Source: an uncultured Coxiellaceae bacterium
Lineage (GTDB): Bacteria; Pseudomonadota; Gammaproteobacteria; UBA9339
Assembly: GCA_964565935.1 (NCBI GenBank)
Contig: CAZMGW010000002.1
Span: forward strand, 2,072-66,071
Length of the DNA: 64,000 bases
Direction of reading: 5' to 3'
The notes under the pieces are model-generated. The model had not been told where the DNA came from. It did not search any database and was given only the letters and a program-made list of their open reading frames with translations. Positions 39,198 through 47,858 of this stretch are shown piece after piece. The translations under genes were made by a program, and so were the position numbers. Position 1 is the stretch's first letter, and the number at the start of each line of letters is the position of its first letter.

Positions 39198-39644
39198 ATG
39201 GTTAAACTTATATTCCCCGCGGCTTGCCTCGGGAACATAGTCATGGGGGTTTATCAAGGGGGAGAAGCGCAGCTCTCCCCCTTGATCGAGCCCGGGGATT
39301 TATTCCCCTGGCGAAGTCAAACAGTCAAACAATTAAATATCACACATGGTTTCAGTTTGATCGAGGTGCTAATTGCTGTTTTTATTTTAACGTTTGGGTT
39401 GCTCGGAATTACTGGTCTATATATTAACTCGCTCAAGCGCACCGAGGATGCTTATTGGCACGTGTTGGCAACTTCGCAATGGGCGGCGATGCACGAGCAA
39501 CAAAAAGCTCGTGATTATAATTGTGTGGATTGGAGTATGGAGTGCGGGCGTTTGTTGCCGCATGGTGAATGCGGGTGTGATGCTGGAAAAATATCAATAT
39601 GTTGGTGTGGAAAGCACGAGGAACAGTGTATTAGGGATCGGTAG
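39198..39644 (+). CDS. pilV: type IV pilus minor pilin PilV (start codon uncertain)
   Basis: Prepilin cleavage/methylation motif HG|FSLIEVLIAVFILTFGLLG at nt 39345..39404. The only in-frame canonical starts are 39198 and 39243, giving 51 or 36 aa leaders that run through the hairpin cluster. Confidence 0.7.
   Translation: MVKLIFPAACLGNIVMGVYQGGEAQLSPLIEPGDLFPWRSQTVKQLNITHGFSLIEVLIAVFILTFGLLGITGLYINSLKRTEDAYWHVLATSQWAAMHEQQKARDYNCVDWSMECGRLLPHGECGCDAGKISICWCGKHEEQCIRDR
39213..39311. repeat. cluster of GC-rich hairpins between the REPtron and the pilV prepilin motif
   Basis: A perfect 13-bp stem, ATCAAGGGGGAGA (39253..39265) / TCTCCCCCTTGAT (39274..39286), with an 8-nt loop. It is flanked by weaker hairpins ttccccg..cgggaa (39213..39235) and ccgggga..tcccctgg (39292..39311). 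Confidence 0.7.
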
Positions 39645-39677
39645 AGGACGTGGCTACCAAATAAATTCTAATCAGCT

Positions 39678-40571
39678 ATGAAACCATCCCCAAAACATTG
39701 CACTGGATTCACCTTACTTGAGGTTTTGCTCGCCTCCGCCCTGGGTTTGGCGCTGATTGGGGTGGTATTGCAAAATTATTTGAGCTCAAAAAATATTTAT
39801 AACGCCCAAACCGCAATAGCGCGCCTTACCGAAAACATCCGGTTTGCCAACTTTTTTTTAGAGCAGAACATCATGCATGCCGGTTTTGCCGGTTGTCGGA
39901 GAATCTCCGAGCTTGATTTAACTAACCATGCCGATATCGGTTTTGGCGCGCTTGAGGCTATTCATGGCTATGATAGCGCGCAGGCGCCCCTTTATTTAAA
40001 GAAGAAAAAAATCGCGCCGGGGACGGATGTTATTATTATTACCAAAGCAAATTCTGGCATTACCAATGTTACCGCCGACGTCAAAGCTGGTGCGACTTCG
40101 ATGAAAGTCGAGCAAAATCCGGTGACTCAGGCCAGTAATCTTTTATTAATTTCTGACTGCAGCAGTGCCGATTTATTTATTGCCAAAAATTGGGCGGATA
40201 AAACTATTGTCACTGAAAGTGAGTTGCATCATTCTTATCAAGCAAGCAGTGCTCAGGTTAGTCAATTTGAAGAGCTGTCATTTTTTATTAGTAGTACCGC
40301 GCGTGATACCGCTAAAAGAGGGCCCGTCTACAGTCTATATTTTTCAGTTAATCGCGGCAGAAAACAGGAACTGGTTCCAGAAATTAGCGATATGCAGATT
40401 GTTTATGGGGTTGATGCCCAGGGACAAGGTATGGTTACTAAATATCTAAAAGCTAATGAAATCACCTCATGGAATAAGGTTTTGAGCGTTGTGATTACAC
40501 TCAAACCGCAAAATCAATTGTTGGCCTTAAATCAATGGAAAATATATATAAAACTACGCGAGCGAGATTAA
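39678..40571 (+). CDS. pilW: type IV pilus minor pilin/assembly protein PilW
   Basis: 297 aa. Leader MKPSPKHCTG|FTLLEVLLASALGL. Size and position are typical of PilW. Confidence 0.8.
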   Translation: MKPSPKHCTGFTLLEVLLASALGLALIGVVLQNYLSSKNIYNAQTAIARLTENIRFANFFLEQNIMHAGFAGCRRISELDLTNHADIGFGALEAIHGYDSAQAPLYLKKKKIAPGTDVIIITKANSGITNVTADVKAGATSMKVEQNPVTQASNLLLISDCSSADLFIAKNWADKTIVTESELHHSYQASSAQVSQFEELSFFISSTARDTAKRGPVYSLYFSVNRGRKQELVPEISDMQIVYGVDAQGQGMVTKYLKANEITSWNKVLSVVITLKPQNQLLALNQWKIYIKLRERD

Positions 40572-40951
40572 ATGAGCAAGGGATGGTGCTGGTGATTGTA
40601 ATGTTATTTTTATTGATTACGAGTTTGCTGGCGCTAAGTCTTTTAAATGGTAGCCTGCTGGAAACCAAGATGAGCAGTTATTATCAGGATAAAGTACGCG
40701 CATTTTATCTAGCAGAAGATTATTTGGCGCAATACGAGCAAGAGATTCTTGCGGGCCGAGAAGTAGCGGGAGCTAAAATTATTGATGCGGGTGTTTGCGG
40801 TGCAACTTTTTATCAGATTACTGCAAACGCCAAGCATAATGCGGTAGTAAGCAAGCTTCAAAGTACTTTCGTGAAAGTTGATGACACAGCGCATTGTGAT
40901 CCAAAGCTGAATGTTATGCCCGGAAGGCAGTCGTTTTTGGTTGTGGAGTAG
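40535..40951 (+). CDS. pilX: type IV pilus minor pilin PilX
   Basis: 138 aa. PilX_N-like NEQGMVLVIVMLFLLITSLLALSLLNGSLLETKMS. Follows pilW with overlap. Confidence 0.7.
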   Translation: MENIYKTTRARLNEQGMVLVIVMLFLLITSLLALSLLNGSLLETKMSSYYQDKVRAFYLAEDYLAQYEQEILAGREVAGAKIIDAGVCGATFYQITANAKHNAVVSKLQSTFVKVDDTAHCDPKLNVMPGRQSFLVVE

Positions 40952-41018
40952 GTGATATCTAAGTTTTTTTAAAAACCACGGTGATTTGCGACTTTTTTAT
41001 TACGTATAATCGTGGTTA

Positions 41019-43307
41019 ATGCACCTTTGGATCATCACATTTTTTTTGAGTATCTGTACACTTTCATTTTGTGTTGAACTTCCTAGTTTGTATTGGCTAT
41101 TAATACTTCCGCCAGCATTTTCCGCCAGATTATTTGCCCCGCAGAAAATAAAAAAAATCACAACCCATGTTTTGGTGTTTGTGATTGGATTCTGCTGGGC
41201 GTTGATTTATACCCACTGGATTACTGCATGGAGTTTGTCACCTGAGCTTGAGGGTAAAAGTTTACTTGTAACCGGGCATGTCGCCTCACTGCCAATCACC
41301 AAACCGCATCGTATTAGTTTTGAGTTTCAAACCGATACCATCGCTAACACAAAAAAATCTACCAAATTAAAGATTGGTTGGTACGATAAATCTCCGGATA
41401 AAAAAATAACCGCAGGAGATAAATGGCAATTGTTAGTACGCCTTAAGCGTCCTCATGGCAAATCGAACCCTGGTGGTTTTGATTTGGAAAAATATTTATT
41501 AGTCCATCATATTCGTGCTACGGGTTCTATTGTTGACAGCGATTTTAATAAACCTATTGAATCGCGTTGGTATCACTATCCGCTTACTCGATTGCGTCAA
41601 TATTTGATTATGAAAATGCAGCAGGCTTTGCTGTCTGATTCGTTGACCCCGATAATTATAGCATTGGTAACAGGCGATGAAAGTGCAATTACCCCAAGCC
41701 AATGGGGGGTTATGCGCGACACAGGTACGAGTTATTTGGTTGCTATTTCCGGGCTCCATGTTGGTTTAGTTGCGAGTATCGTTTTAGTCTTTATGCAATT
41801 TTTATGGAGGCAATCCAAGCGATTGCCGTTGATTTTGCCGGCGCGTGAGGCTGGAGTTATTGCAGGTTTAGTTGTAGGTTTTATTTACGGAGCGGTTTCT
41901 GGTTTCTCCGTGCCAACGCAACGTGCTTTAGTTATGCTCGTTTCTTTTAGTTTAGCTACATTATTGCGGCGACATACGCAATTGTGGAATGCGTGGCTGT
42001 GGTCGATATTTTTGGTGTTAATAATTGATCCGTTGGCAGAATTGACCATTGGTTTTTGGCTCTCTTTTACTGCTGTGGCGGCCATTCTTTATGCGTCGGG
42101 TTGGCGTACACATTTACGTAAGTTTTGGCGGATGCAATTGATAGTCACTGTTGCTTTATTGCCTCTGACGTTGTTGTTTTTTCAACAAATTTCTCTGGTA
42201 GCCATGGTGGCCAATTTAATTGCCATGCCAGCCGTGTGCTTGATAGTAGTGCCGATGAGTTTGCTTGGCGCGCTTAGTTTATTGGTTTCTAATTGTTTTG
42301 GTGGTTGGGTTTTATGGCTTAGTGCAAAACTATTGCATCTCGTTTGGTGGTGGCTAACTTTGCTCTCTGAATTTCCTGGTTGCAGTTGGTATCATCCGAT
42401 TTATAACTGGTGGATTTTGGTGGCAGCAGGGATTGGTGTTTTATTATTATTTGCGCCCCGCGGTTTTCCGACAAAATACTTGGGGGGCCTTTGGTTGTTG
42501 CCATTATTTTTTTATGCGCCTTCAAAGCCTAATTCCAATGAAGTTTGGTTTACATTGCTTGATGTGGGGCAGGGACTTGCGGTTGTGGTGCAAACTGCAA
42601 ACCACGTTCTGCTTTATGACACTGGGCCGAAATTTCTTGAAAATGATGCGGGCATAACGACAGTCGTTCCTTATTTGCGGCTGCAAGGAATTAAGGCTAT
42701 CGATGCAATGGTTGTTAGCCATATGGATGTTGATCATAGCGGTGGCGCAGAGTCTGTTTTAAAGGCATTGTCGGTTAAGAACCTTATCACAAGTGCTCCT
42801 GAAAAATTTGCTCCGGTTGTTGCCCAAAAGTGTGTTGCCGGACAAAATTGGCATTGGGATGGAATCGATTTTCAAATGCTGTCGCCACCCCAAAATGAAC
42901 AATTAATTGGTAATGAGGCTTCTTGTGTACTCAAAATTACACAAGCTACAAACAGTGTTTTATTGACCGGAGATATTGAGCGTGAGGCGGAGGGACTGTT
43001 AGTAGAAAATTATGGTACAAATCTGAAAAGCAATATTTTGATTGCGCCTCATCATGGCAGCGCTACATCTTCGACTTCTGCGTTAATTGATTTTGTTGCG
43101 CCAAAATATGTACTTTTTTCTACTGGTTACAGAAATCGTTTCCATTTTCCCAATAAAAAAGTTGTGGCTCGATATGCAAAAATTGGCGCAGAATTGCTAA
43201 ATACAGCCCAAGAAGGCGCAATTGCTTTTAAATTTAGTGATAAATCGGATATACTAAGCGCAATTTTATATCGAAGAAAAGAACGACATTTTTGGCAATC
43301 TGAATAA
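41019..43307 (+). CDS. comEC: DNA internalization-related competence protein ComEC/Rec2
   Basis: 762 aa. Polytopic competence domain plus a C-terminal metallo-beta-lactamase domain (VSHMDVDHSGG, APHHGS). Confidence 0.9.
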   Translation: MHLWIITFFLSICTLSFCVELPSLYWLLILPPAFSARLFAPQKIKKITTHVLVFVIGFCWALIYTHWITAWSLSPELEGKSLLVTGHVASLPITKPHRISFEFQTDTIANTKKSTKLKIGWYDKSPDKKITAGDKWQLLVRLKRPHGKSNPGGFDLEKYLLVHHIRATGSIVDSDFNKPIESRWYHYPLTRLRQYLIMKMQQALLSDSLTPIIIALVTGDESAITPSQWGVMRDTGTSYLVAISGLHVGLVASIVLVFMQFLWRQSKRLPLILPAREAGVIAGLVVGFIYGAVSGFSVPTQRALVMLVSFSLATLLRRHTQLWNAWLWSIFLVLIIDPLAELTIGFWLSFTAVAAILYASGWRTHLRKFWRMQLIVTVALLPLTLLFFQQISLVAMVANLIAMPAVCLIVVPMSLLGALSLLVSNCFGGWVLWLSAKLLHLVWWWLTLLSEFPGCSWYHPIYNWWILVAAGIGVLLLFAPRGFPTKYLGGLWLLPLFFYAPSKPNSNEVWFTLLDVGQGLAVVVQTANHVLLYDTGPKFLENDAGITTVVPYLRLQGIKAIDAMVVSHMDVDHSGGAESVLKALSVKNLITSAPEKFAPVVAQKCVAGQNWHWDGIDFQMLSPPQNEQLIGNEASCVLKITQATNSVLLTGDIEREAEGLLVENYGTNLKSNILIAPHHGSATSSTSALIDFVAPKYVLFSTGYRNRFHFPNKKVVARYAKIGAELLNTAQEGAIAFKFSDKSDILSAILYRRKERHFWQSE

Positions 43308-43310
43308 ATT

Positions 43311-45080
43311 ATGAGTAAAAAACCCGCAAAACCCATCGATCTTTACACCAGTTGGTCTGTTTATTTCAGGCTTTTAAAATCAGCTGCCCCATACTGGTTA
43401 TTTTTTGTGATTGGCATTGCTGGTACGGTTTTGGCGGCTGGAACTGATGCCACAATCACTTGGGCCGTGAAGCCATTTATGGACAATTGGGATCTGGTGG
43501 TTCACCGCGAACAGTGGTGGTTTAGTTGGTTGCCTATAATTATTGTTGGCGTGCTGCTTTTGCGAGGGGCGGCTCATTTCCTATCAAATTATTATTTAAC
43601 TTGCGTTGGGCGTAATATTGTACGCGACTTTCGTCAGCGTATTTTTGCTCATTTAATGCATTTGCCCTCTGGTTACTACGATAAAGAATCTTCGGGTAAA
43701 TTGTTATCAACTTTAATTTATAATACTGAGCAAGTAGCAGGTGCTTCTACTGAGGCGTTGTTAACAATTGCCCAGGAAGGGATGTTGTTGATTGGTCTAC
43801 TTATTGTAATGTTTAATCTTAGTTGGCAACTGTCTTTAATATTTATTGCTACGGCACCGATAGTTTCTGTCATCGTGCGTTATACTTCTAAACGCTTGCG
43901 TCTTTTAAGTACTAACGTACAAAAAAGCATGGGCGATATTACTCATACGGCAGAAGAAGGAATTGAAAATTATAAAGTGGTGCGTGTGTTTGGTGGGGAA
44001 GAGTATGAAAAACAAAAGTTTTTTGCCGTAACCAACCAAAACCGACAACGTGAAATGAAGGTGGTTGCAACTAGTTCTATTGGCACTTCTTTAACTCAAA
44101 TTATTACCGCCATTCCAATTGCTATAATTGTGTTTTTTGCTATCAACCCTTCAGCTCATATAACTTTGGGCAGTTTTGGTGCTTTTATTGTTGCCACTTT
44201 AGGGTTGCTCACGCCACTGCGTCGACTTACAAAGATTAACACCGAGATTCAAAAAGGCGTTGCTGGAGCGCATAGCATTTTTGCTCTTCTTGATGAGGCG
44301 TGTGAAAAAGACATGGGAACACAAAGTATTTCGCGCAGCTTGGGGAGTGTTGAGTACAGAAGTGTTAACTTTTATTATCCAAATACGAAGAAACCGATTT
44401 TACATGACATTAGCTTTAAAGTTGAACCGGGTCAAAATATTGCTTTGGTCGGGCGCTCAGGAAGTGGTAAATCAACGTTGGTTAGTTTGTTGCCGCGTTT
44501 TTACGATGTTGCTGTTGGGGAGATTTTGATTGATGGTGTGAATATTCAAAACTATAAATTACTTGATTTGCGTAAACAACTTTCAGTGGTCTCGCAACAT
44601 TTAACATTATTTAATGACACAATTGCTCGCAATATAGCGTACGGTTCACTTCAAGATGCAACAGATGCTAAGATTTTGCAGGTAGCTGAAGCAGCGCATA
44701 TTCTAGAATTCATAAAAGGCTTGCCTGATGGCTTAAATACCATGATTGGCGAGAATGGTTTATTGTTGTCAGGAGGACAGCGCCAGCGAATTGCAATTGC
44801 CCGTGCTTTGTTAAAAGATGCTCCGATTTTAATTTTAGACGAAGCGACTTCCGCGCTTGATACTGAATCTGAACGTCACATTCAAGCGGCGCTTGAGGTG
44901 TTAATGAAAAAGCGTACCACATTGGTTATTGCTCATCGCTTATCAACCGTTGAGCGCGCTGATAGGATTATAGTGCTTGATCATGGGCGAATTATTGAAA
45001 CGGGCACTCATGGTGAGCTTTTAACGCTCAACGGGCAATATGCTAAGTTGTATAACCTGCAGTTTAAGGAAAATAATTAG
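43311..45080 (+). CDS. msbA: lipid A export ABC transporter MsbA
   Basis: 589 aa. Six-TM domain plus an NBD with GRSGSGKST, LSGGQRQR and ILILDEATSALD. Followed by lpxK, as in other gammaproteobacteria. Confidence 0.92.
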   Translation: MSKKPAKPIDLYTSWSVYFRLLKSAAPYWLFFVIGIAGTVLAAGTDATITWAVKPFMDNWDLVVHREQWWFSWLPIIIVGVLLLRGAAHFLSNYYLTCVGRNIVRDFRQRIFAHLMHLPSGYYDKESSGKLLSTLIYNTEQVAGASTEALLTIAQEGMLLIGLLIVMFNLSWQLSLIFIATAPIVSVIVRYTSKRLRLLSTNVQKSMGDITHTAEEGIENYKVVRVFGGEEYEKQKFFAVTNQNRQREMKVVATSSIGTSLTQIITAIPIAIIVFFAINPSAHITLGSFGAFIVATLGLLTPLRRLTKINTEIQKGVAGAHSIFALLDEACEKDMGTQSISRSLGSVEYRSVNFYYPNTKKPILHDISFKVEPGQNIALVGRSGSGKSTLVSLLPRFYDVAVGEILIDGVNIQNYKLLDLRKQLSVVSQHLTLFNDTIARNIAYGSLQDATDAKILQVAEAAHILEFIKGLPDGLNTMIGENGLLLSGGQRQRIAIARALLKDAPILILDEATSALDTESERHIQAALEVLMKKRTTLVIAHRLSTVERADRIIVLDHGRIIETGTHGELLTLNGQYAKLYNLQFKENN

Positions 45081-46072
45081 TGTTGTTTAAACTTGTACCT
45101 CCTAAATTTTGGTATCAAAGAAATATTGTTAGTTATGCTTTGCTGCCTTTTAGTTTTGTTTATCGTGGGATTGTTGTTTTACGCAAACTTTATTATCAAT
45201 TTTTTCCAGGTCCCAAAATTCCTATCCCCGTAATAGTTGTTGGTAATATTACCGTTGGTGGCACAGGGAAAACCCCACTCGTTATTTATTTAGCAGAGCT
45301 TTTGAAAAGCAATGGTTATGTGCCTGGAATTGTAAGCCGGGGTTATGGCGGGCAAAGCAATAATTATCCCTTATTGGTTATTCCAGAAAGCAAGGTAGAG
45401 GAGGCTGGTGACGAAGCGTTATTGATTGCGCGTCGTACAAAATGTACAGTTGTTGTGGATCCCAATAGGGTTGCAGCGGCTAAAGAGGCGCTTTTAAAGG
45501 GGCGCTGTAATGTTATTATTAGCGACGATGGTTTACAGCACTATGCTTTGCAGCGAGATGTTGAAATAGTGGTGGTTGATGCTGAACTTGGGTTTGGTAA
45601 TGGTTTTTGCTTGCCAGCTGGGCCGCTCCGTGAGCCCCCAGAAAGATTACAATATGTTGATTTTATAGTAAAAAATTACAATATGGGTCTGGCTGATGAT
45701 GAATATGGAATGGCTTTAGAGCCGGTTATTTTTTATAATTTAACAAATCCAACGATTACTAAAAAAATCGATGAGTTTAAAGGCCAAACCGTCCATGCTT
45801 TTGCTGGAATTGGTAATCCTAATAAGTTTTTCCAAACTTTGCGCCAATTGGGTTTAAATGTAGTTGAGCATCCATTACCAGACCACTATGATTTTCAATC
45901 GGTTGATGATTCATTTGTGGGGGCAACTATAGTAGTTATGACAGAAAAAGATGCGGTTAAATGCCTTGGAATTGCTCGCGAAAATTTCTGGTGCTTAAAA
46001 GTTGAAGCAAAACTAAGCAATAAGCTTAATGCACGCATATTAGAGGCAATTACAGATCATTCAACCAACTAA
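45080..46072 (+). CDS. lpxK: tetraacyldisaccharide 4'-kinase
   Basis: 330 aa. GNITVGGTGKTP P-loop, SRGYGG, DDGLQH. Confidence 0.92.
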   Translation: MLFKLVPPKFWYQRNIVSYALLPFSFVYRGIVVLRKLYYQFFPGPKIPIPVIVVGNITVGGTGKTPLVIYLAELLKSNGYVPGIVSRGYGGQSNNYPLLVIPESKVEEAGDEALLIARRTKCTVVVDPNRVAAAKEALLKGRCNVIISDDGLQHYALQRDVEIVVVDAELGFGNGFCLPAGPLREPPERLQYVDFIVKNYNMGLADDEYGMALEPVIFYNLTNPTITKKIDEFKGQTVHAFAGIGNPNKFFQTLRQLGLNVVEHPLPDHYDFQSVDDSFVGATIVVMTEKDAVKCLGIARENFWCLKVEAKLSNKLNARILEAITDHSTN

Positions 46073-46104
46073 TTTTCAAGATTTATTTTATAGTTTATAA
46101 ACAC

Positions 46105-46689
46105 TTAGAAGCTTATTTTGTTTTCTGTTCCTGCTCGCAGTCTTTGAATGTTGTCCCTGTGCCGCCAAATTAGCATTGCAGATATCATTAGAGATGGTAT
46201 TAGATACCCAATGTTTGCAAAAAACAGCATAAAGATCGGAGCTGAAATTGCTGCAACAAGCGCAGCAAGCGATGAATAACGGAAGGTAACTGCCACCAAA
46301 ATCCAAGATATAATTATGGCAATGCCAGCAACTGGCGATAACGCTAAGAATGAACCTAAGGCTGTTGCTACACCCTTACCGCCTTGAAATTTAAAAAACA
46401 CTGGGTAGAGATGTCCCAAAAACGCGGCCATAGCGATTAACCCCAAAAAGACTCCGCCAATACCGATCAAATGACCAATTAAAACTGGTATGAACCCTTT
46501 TAGCATATCACCAGCTAAAGTTATAAAAGCTGGGGTTTTTCCGCCGATGCGCAATACATTGGTTGTGCCCGGGTTCATTGAACCTTGAGTGCGTGGATCT
46601 GGTAAATTAAGAAACTTACAAACAATGATAGCGCTTGATAATGAACCAATAAGATAAGCAATGACGCAAAATACAATTACTGTTATCAT
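46105..46689 (-). CDS. plsY: glycerol-3-phosphate acyltransferase PlsY
   Basis: 194 aa. GSMNPGTTNVLR and FKGGKGVAT motifs. Confidence 0.92.
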   Translation of the reverse strand: MITVIVFCVIAYLIGSLSSAIIVCKFLNLPDPRTQGSMNPGTTNVLRIGGKTPAFITLAGDMLKGFIPVLIGHLIGIGGVFLGLIAMAAFLGHLYPVFFKFQGGKGVATALGSFLALSPVAGIAIIISWILVAVTFRYSSLAALVAAISAPIFMLFFANIGYLIPSLMISAMLIWRHRDNIQRLRAGTENKISF

Positions 46690-46773
46690 AACCCCCCCTG
46701 GGTAAATTTTTATAATAAAATTTTACGCCGATTAAAATAGCGTGCAAGTGATTATTTTAAGGCTAGGTATTAT

Positions 46774-47319
46774 ATGCATTCAAACAATTTAATTTGGTTA
46801 GATTTGGAGATGACCGGTCTCGATCCAGATGCTGACTGTATTTTAGAAATCGCTACTATTGTAACGGACAAACACTTAAATGTTATTGCAGAAGGACCAG
46901 TGCTAGCAATTCATCACGCTGATTCGGTATTAGCCAAAATGGATGATTGGTGCACTAAACAGCACGGCAGTTCAGGTTTAACTGAAAGGGTTAAAAAGAG
47001 TAAGATTAGTGTGGCCAAAGCGGAAAAATTAACTTTAGAGTTTCTGCACAAGCATGTTGCTATCGGAAAATCACCAATGTGTGGTAATTCTATCTGTCAG
47101 GATCGACGTTTTTTGTATCGCTATATGCCTGAATTAGAAAAATTTTTCCATTACCGTAATTTTGACGTTAGTGTTTTAAAAATTATCGCCAAACGCTGGT
47201 ATCCGGAAATTGCCAAGGGGTTTCGTAAAAAAACCAAACATCAGGCTTTAAGTGACGTATACGATTCGATTGAAGAAATGCAGTATTACATTAAACACCT
47301 GATGGTGCCGATGCCGTAG
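46774..47319 (+). CDS. orn: oligoribonuclease
   Basis: 181 aa DEDDh exonuclease. [12 protein letters not shown]...[11 protein letters not shown]...HQALSD. Confidence 0.95.
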   Translation: MHSNNLIWLDLEMTGLDPDADCILEIATIVTDKHLNVIAEGPVLAIHHADSVLAKMDDWCTKQHGSSGLTERVKKSKISVAKAEKLTLEFLHKHVAIGKSPMCGNSICQDRRFLYRYMPELEKFFHYRNFDVSVLKIIAKRWYPEIAKGFRKKTKHQALSDVYDSIEEMQYYIKHLMVPMP

Positions 47320-47394
47320 AAAGTTTTTCAGAGTCAATAGACTCTCGGAAATCAAGAAGAGGGAGGAAACTGAAGGCGTTATAAAATGTTAGGA

Positions 47395-47434
47395 CAAAAA
47401 AAAGCCCATGTTTTTTATGACACGGGCTTTTTTA
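47395..47434. terminator. bidirectional rho-independent terminator between orn and the cold-shock gene
   Basis: aaaaaaaaAGCCCATGTtttttatgACACGGGCTttttt: a 9-bp stem with one mismatch, flanked by an A-run and a T-run. Confidence 0.6.
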
Positions 47435-47445
47435 GTTTAAGCTTT

Positions 47446-47658
47446 TTATTCAATTGCTAGTACATCTTCAGCTTGAGGGCCTTTTGGTCCCGGCTTAACC
47501 GTAAACTCAACTTTTTGTCCTTCATTCAAAGAACGATAGCCATCTCCGCGAATTGCACGATAGTGAACAAAAACATCTTCTCCACCTTCCACTTGAACAA
47601 AACCATAACCTTTGGCGGCATTAAACCATTTAACAACGCCTGTAACACGATCTGCCAT
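47446..47658 (-). CDS. cspA: cold-shock domain protein (CspA family)
   Basis: 70 aa from the Met at 47658 ([21 protein letters not shown]...VFVHY), carrying the RNP1/RNP2 motifs. The ORF-track 5' extension to 47754 is unlikely to be real. Confidence 0.9.
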   Translation of the reverse strand: MADRVTGVVKWFNAAKGYGFVQVEGGEDVFVHYRAIRGDGYRSLNEGQKVEFTVKPGPKGPQAEDVLAIE

Positions 47659-47858
47659 AAATATAACCTTTATATAAAATTTAAAAAAGTAAACCTGCAC
47701 AATAAAATATTGCACGGGTAGAATGATATCATAGTTAATAATTAAATGAAACAATATTTCGTATGCGATTGTAGGGGGTGGGTAACGAGACTAAAGAGCT
47801 TTTTTGTCTTTAAGCCAGTCGCTATCATGTTATCAATTAGTACTTTATAATTATTTTT

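Noticed and set aside
39224-39681. ORFs 39224..39427 and 39394..39681 overlapping pilV
   Set aside because: They are in alternative frames of the pilV gene and the hairpin cluster. Only the 39198 frame carries the prepilin G|FSLIEV motif.
46681-46700. C7/G7 run immediately upstream of the plsY start codon
   Set aside because: On the coding strand it reads AGGGGGGGTTATG and is adequately explained as a strong Shine-Dalgarno sequence. It is too short, and I have too little support, to call it a phase-variation tract.
47659-47858. Possible structured 5' UTR (cold-box) or sRNA in the csp / relA divergent spacer
   Set aside because: I found only weak, imperfect inverted repeats. Nothing here can be supported without transcript mapping.
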